Origin: Candidatus Micrarchaeota archaeon
GTDB taxonomy: Archaea; Micrarchaeota; Micrarchaeia; Anstonellales; Anstonellaceae
Assembly: GCA_026413965.1 (NCBI GenBank)
Contig: JAOAJY010000001.1
Span: forward strand, 125,275 to 189,274
Length of the DNA: 64,000 nt
Direction: 5' to 3'
Of this stretch, positions 56,196 through 64,000 are shown piece by piece; positions within the stretch are counted from its first letter, which is position 1, and each line of letters begins with the position of its first letter. The translations under genes were made by a program, and so were the position numbers. The notes beneath the pieces are model-generated. The model was not told the origin of the DNA, did no database searches, and worked only from the letters and a program-made list of their open reading frames with translations.

Positions 56196-56789
56196 TCAAG
56201 AAGCCTTCTCCTCCTTCTTCTTTTTCGCCTCTTTCGGCTCTTTCTCCTCCTCTTTCTTTGCCGCAAGCCATTCGTCTTTCCCAAGCCCTTCTGGCCGCAT
56301 GGTCAGGCCTATTTTGGTTTCAGGTATGGTTGCCTTCATGCTTACCGTAGATATCTTGGCGAACACATGGTCGCCTTTCTTGAGGGATTTTTTGCTTTCC
56401 CTTCCGACAAAAGACATTGTTTTCTTGTTGAAGCTGAGGAAATCGTTTGCTATTTGGGAAAGATGGACCAAGCCCTCCATAGGCCCAAGCCTCAGGAAAA
56501 CCCCGAACTCCACAACCTCGGAGACATCGGTCTCAACCACCTCGTTTATCATAGGGTGGTATGCAAGGACATCAAAGGAGACATCATAATAGGCGGCATT
56601 GTCTCCTGGGACAACCAGCCCGTCTCCTTCAGCCTTCACATTCCAAAGCGCAAGGACCACTCCGGCATCCTTGTCAATCCTGCGCTCATACCTTTCCCGC
56701 AGCATCTGGGTCAGGGCATCCTCAAGCTTAAGGCTGAAAAGCTGGGCAGGAAGCCTGACTTTGTCTTTGCATGAAAGCACAAAATACAT
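56196..56789 (-). CDS. rpoE: RNA polymerase subunit Rpo7 (E')
   Basis: PGDNAAY, EFGVFLRLGPMEGLVHLSQI, IGLTMR..GLGK..W. Confidence 0.93.
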   Translation of the reverse strand: MYFVLSCKDKVRLPAQLFSLKLEDALTQMLRERYERRIDKDAGVVLALWNVKAEGDGLVVPGDNAAYYDVSFDVLAYHPMINEVVETDVSEVVEFGVFLRLGPMEGLVHLSQIANDFLSFNKKTMSFVGRESKKSLKKGDHVFAKISTVSMKATIPETKIGLTMRPEGLGKDEWLAAKKEEEKEPKEAKKKKEEKAS

Positions 56790-56871
56790 AAAGGCACCTT
56801 CAAACCAAAGCCCATAAGAAGAGCCGCCCCTTTATATTTCCAAAGAAGGTTTAAAATATGAGCGGAAAGGC

Positions 56872-57711
56872 CTACCTGGAATCATAAATCCTCTTCATCT
56901 CCAAAGCGTCCTTTTCCAAAAGCGGCGATTCGCATATCGCGGTTCCTGCCCAGCCGTTTTCTTTCCATGCCTGGGCAAGAGGGGCAAAAGGAGGGGAGCT
57001 TGAGGAAATGGGCAAATGGCTTCTTTCCCCTTTATCGCTGTATTGTATGCCTGAGAAATGGCAGTGGAAGTTTTTTGAAGCCTCAGAGCCCAGCCGCCTC
57101 TCAACTTCCGAGAGGATGCGGAAGTAATCCTCTTTTGCCTCCAGCCTTTCATGGCGTGCATGGTAGTGGGCATAATCCAGCACCGGAACAACCTGCTTTA
57201 TGCCAAAATGCTCCGCCAAATCAATTATCTCATCAAGAGAGCCATAAGCGGATTTTTTCCCTGTAAGCTCTGCCCCCAAAGCCACGCCTTTCACCCCCAA
57301 AGCTTCCATCTCCTCTATGCATCGGCTGAATGTGGCATAAACAAGCTTGCGGCACTCTTCAGCTGGCCTTGACATGTAATGCCCGGGGTGTATCACTATC
57401 ACCCAAGCCCCCAGCCAATAGGCAGCCTGGGCAGTTGAGACGATTTGGCGCACGCTTGACTCTATTTTTTGCTTCTCCTTTGCGCAGCAGTTTATGTAAT
57501 ACGGGGCATGGCAAGAGAGCCTAATGCCGCTTTCTTCCGCGGCTTTTTTTGCCTCCTTTGCCTTCTCCTGCCCCAAATTAACGCCATGCACAAACTCCAC
57601 TTCCATAGCCCCCAGCCCAATCTTCCTGCAGTACCTTATGCCGTCTGCGGTGCCTCCTGCAGGAGCGCCAATCGGTATTCCAGCAGGCCCGAAAACCACG
57701 CCTCTTTCCAT
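56872..57711 (-). CDS. nfo: Endonuclease IV family AP endonuclease
   Basis: FGPAG, HAPYYIN, HPG, ELTGK, DYAH, HFSG, ICESP. Confidence 0.88.
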   Translation of the reverse strand: MERGVVFGPAGIPIGAPAGGTADGIRYCRKIGLGAMEVEFVHGVNLGQEKAKEAKKAAEESGIRLSCHAPYYINCCAKEKQKIESSVRQIVSTAQAAYWLGAWVIVIHPGHYMSRPAEECRKLVYATFSRCIEEMEALGVKGVALGAELTGKKSAYGSLDEIIDLAEHFGIKQVVPVLDYAHYHARHERLEAKEDYFRILSEVERRLGSEASKNFHCHFSGIQYSDKGERSHLPISSSSPPFAPLAQAWKENGWAGTAICESPLLEKDALEMKRIYDSR

Positions 57712-57713
57712 CC

Positions 57714-58100
57714 CTATCCCCTCATGCCCATGTGCTTGTAGAGAGCCAGCTTGAAGACTTTCAGCGGCAAAAGGGCGCATTTCAGCCTAACAGGGCCAGG
57801 GTCTATCCCAAGCATCCCCAGAATGTCTCTTTTGCCTATTTTCTTTGCCTCCTGAATGCTTTTCCCCTTTGCCTCCTGGCTTAGCATGGAGGCTGATGCC
57901 AGGCATATTGCGCATGCGCTTCCGCTGAATTTAATCTCAGATATTTTCTCCTCGGAAAATTTGAGGTAGAATGCTATCTCATCTCCGCATAAAGGGTTGG
58001 AGTCCTCTGCCTGCGAGTGGGCATCCTCAAGCTTTCCGAAATTGCGCGGCTTTTTGTAGTGGTCCAATATGTTCTCCCTATAGAAGCTTTCGCCAGGCAT
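57714..58100 (-). CDS. Fe-S scaffold/sulfur-transfer protein, SufU/IscU family
   Basis: ILDHYKKPRN, NPLCGD, ACAICLASAS, RLKCALL. Confidence 0.9.
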   Translation of the reverse strand: MPGESFYRENILDHYKKPRNFGKLEDAHSQAEDSNPLCGDEIAFYLKFSEEKISEIKFSGSACAICLASASMLSQEAKGKSIQEAKKIGKRDILGMLGIDPGPVRLKCALLPLKVFKLALYKHMGMRG

Positions 58101-58104
58101 TTTT

Positions 58105-59316
58105 TCACCCCAGCTTTCGCCAGGCTTTTTTCGCCGCATCCGCAAGCCGAAGGGCTTCTTCCTCAGTGTTGTATATATAAAAGCTGGCTCTGGCAGCCGA
58201 AGACTCCCCCAGCACTCCCATGAGCGGCTGCGCGCAGTGGTGGCCTGTCCGTATCGCCACCGCCTCCCTGTCAGCAAAGCTTCCCAAATCGTGCGCATGG
58301 ATTCTGCCTATGTTGAAGGAGACAATGCCAGCAGGGCCTGGCTCACCGTAAAACCTCGCCTGCGGTATTTTCTCAAGCTCCTGCCTGCAAAAGCTTGACA
58401 GCTTTTGCCCGTGCTGGCAGACAGCAGCCATCCCTATCTTGCCCAAATACTCAACCGCTGCAGCAAGGCCCACTGCTGCTGCCACGTTGGGAGTTCCTGC
58501 CTCAAACTTGTGCGGAGGGCAATTCCACGTGGAGCCGCCAAAGCTCACGCTTTTTATCATATCCCCCCCTCCAAGAAAAGGCTCAAGCTCTTCTTGCAGC
58601 TCTTTTCTTGCGTAAAGAACGCCAATGTGGGGCCCAAGCATCTTGTGCCCTGAGAAAGCAAGAAAGTCGCAGCCAATCCTTTTCACATCCATTTGAAAAT
58701 GCGGGGCGGACTGGGAAGCATCCACGCAGGAAATCGCGCCGTATTTTTTCGCCAGTCTGCAAAGGAGCCTTGCGTCATTTTCCACCCCAAGCACGTTTGA
58801 GACGTGCGCAAAGGAAAAAACAGACGCCGCGCCATCCTCAAGCAAGCTCTCGGCATCATGGCAATCAATCTTCCAGCCATCCATTTTGGCGTATTTGATT
58901 GCAGCCCCAAACCGCCTGCCTGCAAGCTGCCAAGGGACTATGTTGCTGTGGTGCTCCATCTGGCTTAGCAGCACCTGCCCAATCTTCCTGCTTGAAAGGC
59001 AGCACCAAGCCACAAGGTTGAGAGCTTCAGTTGCGTTTTTTGTGAAAATTATCTCTTCGCTCCTTGCATTTATGAATAAAGCCACTTTTTTCCTTGCTTT
59101 CTCATACGCCTCTGTCGCCTCTTGCGAAAGGGAATAGGCTCCGCGATGGACGTTGGCGTTGCAGGCCTGGTAATATTCCGCAATCGCCTCAATCACCTGC
59201 TTGGGCTTTTGGGAGGTTGCCGCATTGTCCAGGTAAGCAAGCGGCTTTCCGAAAAACTTTCTTGCCAGGATTGGGAAGTCTTCCCTTATTCTATCCACAT
59301 CAAGCCTTTTGACCAT
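58105..59316 (-). CDS. sufS: Cysteine desulfurase, SufS type
   Basis: YLDNAATSQKP, EHHSN, SGHKM, RTGHHCA. Confidence 0.93.
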   Translation of the reverse strand: MVKRLDVDRIREDFPILARKFFGKPLAYLDNAATSQKPKQVIEAIAEYYQACNANVHRGAYSLSQEATEAYEKARKKVALFINARSEEIIFTKNATEALNLVAWCCLSSRKIGQVLLSQMEHHSNIVPWQLAGRRFGAAIKYAKMDGWKIDCHDAESLLEDGAASVFSFAHVSNVLGVENDARLLCRLAKKYGAISCVDASQSAPHFQMDVKRIGCDFLAFSGHKMLGPHIGVLYARKELQEELEPFLGGGDMIKSVSFGGSTWNCPPHKFEAGTPNVAAAVGLAAAVEYLGKIGMAAVCQHGQKLSSFCRQELEKIPQARFYGEPGPAGIVSFNIGRIHAHDLGSFADREAVAIRTGHHCAQPLMGVLGESSAARASFYIYNTEEEALRLADAAKKAWRKLG

Positions 59317-60439
59317 CAAAGACCTCTTTTGCCCTCTTCCTGATGCTTTCCGAAAGCACGGCTGCAATTTTCGGGTTCAAGCCAGCGGAGGCTATCAGCC
59401 CTGAGAAAAACCCTTCCAAAACCATTCTCCTCCCTTCGCTTTCATCTATGCCCCTGCTTTGCAGGTAAAACAGCTCTTCCTCATCCACGCTTGAGACCGC
59501 AGAGCCATGGCCTGCGGAGACCTCGCAGTTTCTCACAAAAAGCTGAGGCACAATGCGGAATCTGGGATTCCCCAGTATGGGCATGCTTTTGGCAAGAAGG
59601 TGGGTGTCGGATTGCGGGGCAGGCTGCTCTATCACCACCTTGGCTTCAGCCTCAACCTGCGAATTTCCAGCAGCCCCGAAGTGGAAAACCGAGCGGGAAT
59701 ATGTGGATGGGGCAAGATGGAAATGCTCTGATTGCAGCCTCATCCTCTGCCCGTCCCCCATGAGGCTGGCGTTGTAATGCTCGCACCGGCTTTGCCTTTT
59801 TGCCTGCAGGATGCAAAACGAGTCCTGCTGGCTTTTCCCTCCGATGTTGGAGCGAAGGATTTTGGCTTTGGCTTTGCCTTCGGCTTCAACCACTGCCCCC
59901 AGCTTTCTCTGGGCATGGGGCGAATTGGCTTGGGCAAGGCAAATTTGCGCCTCTGCCTCATTTTTTGCGGCTGCGAAAAGCCCGGAAACCCCATCCGCGC
60001 GGTGCTTCTCGGAATAAATCAGCGCAGCCTTGCTTTTTTCAGCAAAGACCACAGCATCAAAGGCATAGCCTATGCTTCCGTCCCTTTCAAGAACGGCTGG
60101 CGCTTCCTCCTGGCCGGAAATCCAGGCAGCAGAGCCGCTGGAAAACAGGGCAAGGGATAGCAGGAAGTCGTTGGGGGAAAAGCCTGCTTTTGCGCAGAAG
60201 GACAAGGCTCTTCTGAAATCTTTTTGCCTGCAGGCTTCCGCAAGGCTTTCGGCTTTGCAGCCTCTTTGGGAAGGCATGCTTTGATTTTCAGGCAAGCCGG
60301 AATCAAAATCCTCCACCTTTTCCAATCCGCGCTGCCTGAGTGCCGAGGCTGCCTGCAGCCTTATTTTCAGCAGAAAGTCCGGCTCGCCAAGCTCTTTTGA
60401 TATCTGCCTTGCCTTATCTATGATGGCGATTTGGCTCAT
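59300..60439 (-). CDS. sufD: Fe-S assembly protein SufD (divergent)
   Basis: PQL...EVSAGHG, ELFYLQSRGI; position in the operon. Confidence 0.8.
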   Translation of the reverse strand: MSQIAIIDKARQISKELGEPDFLLKIRLQAASALRQRGLEKVEDFDSGLPENQSMPSQRGCKAESLAEACRQKDFRRALSFCAKAGFSPNDFLLSLALFSSGSAAWISGQEEAPAVLERDGSIGYAFDAVVFAEKSKAALIYSEKHRADGVSGLFAAAKNEAEAQICLAQANSPHAQRKLGAVVEAEGKAKAKILRSNIGGKSQQDSFCILQAKRQSRCEHYNASLMGDGQRMRLQSEHFHLAPSTYSRSVFHFGAAGNSQVEAEAKVVIEQPAPQSDTHLLAKSMPILGNPRFRIVPQLFVRNCEVSAGHGSAVSSVDEEELFYLQSRGIDESEGRRMVLEGFFSGLIASAGLNPKIAAVLSESIRKRAKEVFDGQKA

Positions 60440-61863
60440 CCGACCGAACCCTCCATCTCCATCTCAATAAGCCGATTCATCTCCACCGCATACTCCAAAG
60501 GAAGCTCCTTGACTATCGGCTCTATGAAGCCTCTCACTATCAAGGCAAGAGCCTCCTCAGCATCAATGCCTCGGCTCATAAGGTAAAACAGCTGCTCCTC
60601 TGATATCCTTCCTACCGATGCCTCATGCCCTATCTGGGCGTCCTTTGAGCGTATGTCCATGACTGGCACGGTCTCAGCCTTGGATTTTGAGTCGGATATT
60701 ATGCTGTCGCAGCGGACATTGGCTTTCACCCCGCTGCATCCCGGAGCCACATAAAGCATCCCCCGGTAGCGGACCACTCCTCCTTTCTTGCAGATGCTTT
60801 TTGATAGGATTTTGGAGGAGGTTTGGGGAGCCATGTGGAAAACTTTGGCTCCGGTGTCTTTGATCTGCCCCTCGCCTGCAAGCGCGATGCTCAAATGCTC
60901 CGCGCGCGCCCCCCTGCCTGCAAGGATGCTGCACGGGTAAATCATGCTCACCCCTGAGCCAAGCGTTCCGCTTACCCACTCCATGACCGCGCCTTCCTCC
61001 ACAATTGCCCTTTTTGTGTTGAGGTTGTAGACATTCCTGCTCCAATTCTGGATTGAGGTGTATCTTACTCGGCTGCCTTTGCCTGCGAATATCTCCACAA
61101 CCGCAGAATGCAGCGAGTCTTTGGTGTAATGCGGAGCAGAGCAGCCCTCAATGTATTGCACCTGCGCGCCCTCCTCAGCTATTATCAAAGTGTGCTCAAA
61201 CTGGCCGAAGCCTGGATAATTCATCATGAAGTAAATCTGAAGGGGGGTGGGGACTTTGACTCCTGCTGGGACATAGACAAAGCTTCCGCCTGACCAGAAA
61301 GCCCCATGAAGAGCCGCAAACTTGTTGTCCTCCGGAGGGACGCACCGGGTCATGAAGTGCTTCCTCACAAGCTCGGGGTAATCTTTCAAAGCGGTGTCCA
61401 TGTCGGTGAATATCACCCCCAATTCCGAGATGCTTTTCCTGAGGCTCTTGTAGAGGACCTCTGAATCGTATTGGGCTCCAACCCCTGCCAAAAATTTCCG
61501 CTCAGCCTCAGGTATGCCAAGCCTCTCGAAAGTGTCCTTTATCTCCTGCGGCACTTCATCCCAGCTGTTTGGCTGATGCTCCTTGCCTTTTGGGCGCACA
61601 AAGCCGGTTATGGCTGAAAAATCAAGCCCTGACAGGTCAGGCCCCCAGGATGGCAGGGGCTTGCGCTGGAATATCTTGAAGCACCTTTTCCTGTGCTCCC
61701 TCATCCAATCCGGCTCGCCTTTGACATCAGAAATCTCGTCTATCAGCTCCTCGCTGAGCCCTTCTTTTTTCGCCTTGTAGCCAACGACCCTCTCTTCCTT
61801 TGCCACCATTCTTTTTCTGGGCAAAGCGTCCCTTCCAAACAGCCTAAGCGTCGCATTGTCCAT
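60436..61863 (-). CDS. sufB: Fe-S assembly protein SufB
   Basis: GQFEHTLII, YIEGCSAP, LHSAVVE, HEASVG, FYLMSRG. Confidence 0.95.
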   Translation of the reverse strand: MDNATLRLFGRDALPRKRMVAKEERVVGYKAKKEGLSEELIDEISDVKGEPDWMREHRKRCFKIFQRKPLPSWGPDLSGLDFSAITGFVRPKGKEHQPNSWDEVPQEIKDTFERLGIPEAERKFLAGVGAQYDSEVLYKSLRKSISELGVIFTDMDTALKDYPELVRKHFMTRCVPPEDNKFAALHGAFWSGGSFVYVPAGVKVPTPLQIYFMMNYPGFGQFEHTLIIAEEGAQVQYIEGCSAPHYTKDSLHSAVVEIFAGKGSRVRYTSIQNWSRNVYNLNTKRAIVEEGAVMEWVSGTLGSGVSMIYPCSILAGRGARAEHLSIALAGEGQIKDTGAKVFHMAPQTSSKILSKSICKKGGVVRYRGMLYVAPGCSGVKANVRCDSIISDSKSKAETVPVMDIRSKDAQIGHEASVGRISEEQLFYLMSRGIDAEEALALIVRGFIEPIVKELPLEYAVEMNRLIEMEMEGSVG

Positions 61864-61872
61864 AGCAGCACC

Positions 61873-62610
61873 TCAGGAATAATCCCCTATCCACGCATAG
61901 CCTCTCTCCTCAAGCTTGTACGCAAGCTCAGCCTTGCCTGAGGCAACGATTTTTCCATTCTTCATCACATGGACAGCATCAGGCTGCAATCCCCTAAGCA
62001 TCCTGGCATAATGAGTGACAATTATGAATGAAGCGTCCTTTTGCCTTATTTTCCCAAGCGCAGACATGACTTTGGCAAGGCCCTCAATATCCAGCCCAGA
62101 GTCCAGCTCATCCAGCAAGGCAAGCTTTGGCTGGAGGACTGCAAGCTGGAGTATCTCGCTTCTTTTCTTCTCGCCCCCAGAAAAGCCCTCATTCACCCCC
62201 CTTGAGGCGAAAGCCTTGTCCATCCCTATAAGAGACATCTTCTCTTCAAGCAGCCTCTCAAATTCGGCTACAGACATCTCCTTGCCATGGCAAGCCGAAT
62301 AAGCTTGCCTCAAGAACGAGGATAGCGGAACTCCGGAAACCTCGTTGGGCGTCTGGAACGCCAAAAATATCCCTGCTCTTGCGCGCTCATGGGGCTTCAT
62401 GGAAAGCAAGTCTTTGCCCTCAAATTCCACCTTTCCTTCCACGGAGTATTTCGGATGGCCTGCAAGAGCGTTGAGGAGGGTGGATTTTCCAGAGCCGTTT
62501 TGCCCCATTATCACATGCACTTCCCCTTTCTTTATGGAAAGAGAAACTCCCTTCACAATCTCTTTTTTGCCTGCAAACACTCTAAGGCCCTCAATTTTCA
62601 TAATCTCCAT
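61873..62610 (-). CDS. sufC: Fe-S assembly ATPase SufC
   Basis: GQNGSGKST, FSGGEKKR, LDELDSGLD, VTHY. Confidence 0.95.
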   Translation of the reverse strand: MEIMKIEGLRVFAGKKEIVKGVSLSIKKGEVHVIMGQNGSGKSTLLNALAGHPKYSVEGKVEFEGKDLLSMKPHERARAGIFLAFQTPNEVSGVPLSSFLRQAYSACHGKEMSVAEFERLLEEKMSLIGMDKAFASRGVNEGFSGGEKKRSEILQLAVLQPKLALLDELDSGLDIEGLAKVMSALGKIRQKDASFIIVTHYARMLRGLQPDAVHVMKNGKIVASGKAELAYKLEERGYAWIGDYS

Positions 62611-62949
62611 TCAAGCACCCTCTGCCATGCAAATCATGCATGGGTCTTTTCTTCCAAGCCTGGACTTTTTGGCAAGGACAACTATTTTTGCCACCTCTGC
62701 TTCAAGCTCGGCTTGGCTCCCAATCCCAGAAGCTATCTTTTTGGCAAGCTTTCTGCATGCCTTCCTGCATGCTTCCGGAAGCCTTTCTCCCCCTCTCTTG
62801 CCGCTTATGTATTGCGAGATGGCGGCAGGAGTTGCCCCAATCGCCTGGGCTATCTTTTTCCGAGGCACTTTCATCTTGTCAAGCGAGAGCGCAAGCTCCC
62901 TGCTTATTGCAGGCAGGATTTTCCAATGCACTTGTGAGCATGGAAGCAA
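62611..62949 (-). CDS. Cys-containing HTH transcriptional regulator heading the suf operon
   Basis: PC..LPAI, IAQAIGATPAAISQYISGKRG HTH, CxxxC and C-terminal CxxC. Confidence 0.75.
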   Translation of the reverse strand: MLPCSQVHWKILPAISRELALSLDKMKVPRKKIAQAIGATPAAISQYISGKRGGERLPEACRKACRKLAKKIASGIGSQAELEAEVAKIVVLAKKSRLGRKDPCMICMAEGA

Positions 62950-62964
62950 GCCAATCCCTCTTGT

Positions 62965-62978
62965 TTAACAATTGTTAA
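62965..62978. promoter_or_regulatory. Perfect 14-bp palindrome, candidate operator of the suf operon
   Basis: TTAACAATTGTTAA, 15 nt upstream of the regulator start codon. Confidence 0.55.
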
Positions 62979-62991
62979 CGCTGAAAGGTAT

Positions 62992-63627
62992 TTATTTGAA
63001 TACCTTTCCAGTCTCCTCAGACCAAAAAAGAAGGTCCAAATGCGCCATCGGAATTCTCCTTTTCCTGCAAAATTCCTCCATCTTTTTCTCTATCAGAAGG
63101 TATTTTTTTGCGGTGAGGGTTTTTGGCATGCTTCTGATGGCGTTGTGCTTTTTGAGGTTTTTCAGTATGTGCCTGTCCAATATTGCGATTCCATCTCCCC
63201 TGCCTATGTTCCTAAGATAATGGCTGGCTTCCTTCCAGCCCATGCCCTTGACATTCTTCACCAGCCACTCCCGAGCCTGCATGCTGTCAGGCAGAAAGGA
63301 AATCTCCTCAAGCTTCCTGAAAAAGCCTTGCCCAAGCGATTCTCTTGCAAGAACAAGATACTCTGCCTTTTTGTTGTGGAATCTCACCTTCTTTGCAAGG
63401 GCTGCCGCAATCTCTTCTGCAGACCCTCCATAAAGCAGCCCTCTCCTTTTCAGCTCCTTAAGCGCAGAATCGCAGGAGAGCGCCTTGCTTTGTGGCGTCA
63501 GAAGGCAAAAAGCAAGCTCCTCAAACAGCCGCTTGCCGCCCATTTTCCCTGCCCTTTTGAATAGGTCCAAGCGAGCCTGGATCTGCTTCTTCCTCTTCCG
63601 ATAGCTTTCAGCCAGGCTGCTCCGCAT
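62992..63627 (-). CDS. ogg: 8-oxoguanine DNA glycosylase/AP lyase (HhH-GPD)
   Basis: ELAFCLLT, RFHNKKA, VKGMGWKEASHYLRN, ILDRH, LDLLFW..ETG. Confidence 0.9.
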   Translation of the reverse strand: MRSSLAESYRKRKKQIQARLDLFKRAGKMGGKRLFEELAFCLLTPQSKALSCDSALKELKRRGLLYGGSAEEIAAALAKKVRFHNKKAEYLVLARESLGQGFFRKLEEISFLPDSMQAREWLVKNVKGMGWKEASHYLRNIGRGDGIAILDRHILKNLKKHNAIRSMPKTLTAKKYLLIEKKMEEFCRKRRIPMAHLDLLFWSEETGKVFK

Positions 63628-64000
63628 TTCTCTCAATCTCCCCGTGCCCAGGGCAAAGCAGGCGGTAAGGCAGGCGCCTTATCTTTCCCAAGCTTTCCTG
63701 GATTTGCTCAAAGCTTCCACCCAAATCCGTCCTGCCATGTACTCCTTGAGCAAAAAGTGTGTCTCCGCTGAAAAGCAGGCCGGTTCTTCTGTCAAATACG
63801 CATATGCTGCCGTCTGTATGCCCAGGCGTATGCAGGAATTCAAGCCGATGCTTCCCAAAAACCACATCCTCCATCGGATTCTCTTCAGCGTTTTCAGGTA
63901 TGCTTATGTACGGCCCTTTGAACCTGAATTCAGCAGGATGGATAAGCACCCGCTTCCAGCTTTTCCGCACTCCGCCTGTGTGGTCAAAATGCCCGTGAGT
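63608..64000 (-). CDS. MBL-fold (glyoxalase II-like) hydrolase, 5' part outside the window
   Basis: THGHFDH at the window edge, HTPGHT, FSGDTLF, PGHG. Confidence 0.85.
   Translation of the reverse strand, partial: THGHFDHTGGVRKSWKRVLIHPAEFRFKGPYISIPENAEENPMEDVVFGKHRLEFLHTPGHTDGSICVFDRRTGLLFSGDTLFAQGVHGRTDLGGSFEQIQESLGKIRRLPYRLLCPGHGEIERNAEQPG

Noticed and set aside
1-64000. Stop-codon reassignment or programmed frameshifts
   Set aside because: Conserved genes are full length in the standard code and end at TAA, TAG or TGA at the expected positions

Overview
Gene-dense archaeal chromosomal segment, most consistent with a DPANN archaeon (Micrarchaeota-like). This placement is inferred from GatDE, TFE, aTrm56, Pus10, Rpo7/Spt4, Cdc6, PolB, GGGP synthase, SepF, GGTGA-type Shine-Dalgarno sites and very short intergenic spaces. 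Most of the window is housekeeping: replication/repair, translation and tRNA modification, archaeal lipid synthesis, pyrBI, a SUF Fe-S operon, H+-PPase and a bacterial-type GAPDH. There are two tRNA genes: initiator Met, and Lys-CTT with a 14-nt BHB intron in the T-loop. No CRISPR array, rRNA, integrase or transposase was seen. The most unusual signals are: (1) a single Cys-rich pilin gene inserted between two convergent genes and flanked by a perfect 50-bp direct repeat, with no recombinase nearby; (2) two candidate chromatin/architectural proteins flanking SRP54, a 71-aa Lys/Tyr two-repeat protein and a protein with three tandem excisionase-like winged helices; (3) an AT-rich intergenic region bracketed by G-string inverted repeats (possible oriC or MITE); (4) a four-finger LIM-like zinc protein; (5) a Cys-bearing HTH regulator heading the suf operon behind a perfect 14-bp palindrome; (6) dispersed surface/secretion parts (divergent pilus ATPase, prepilin peptidase, VirB4/HerA ATPase, CedA-like membrane protein, giant anchored protein). 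All calls come from motif reading only; no database search was run.
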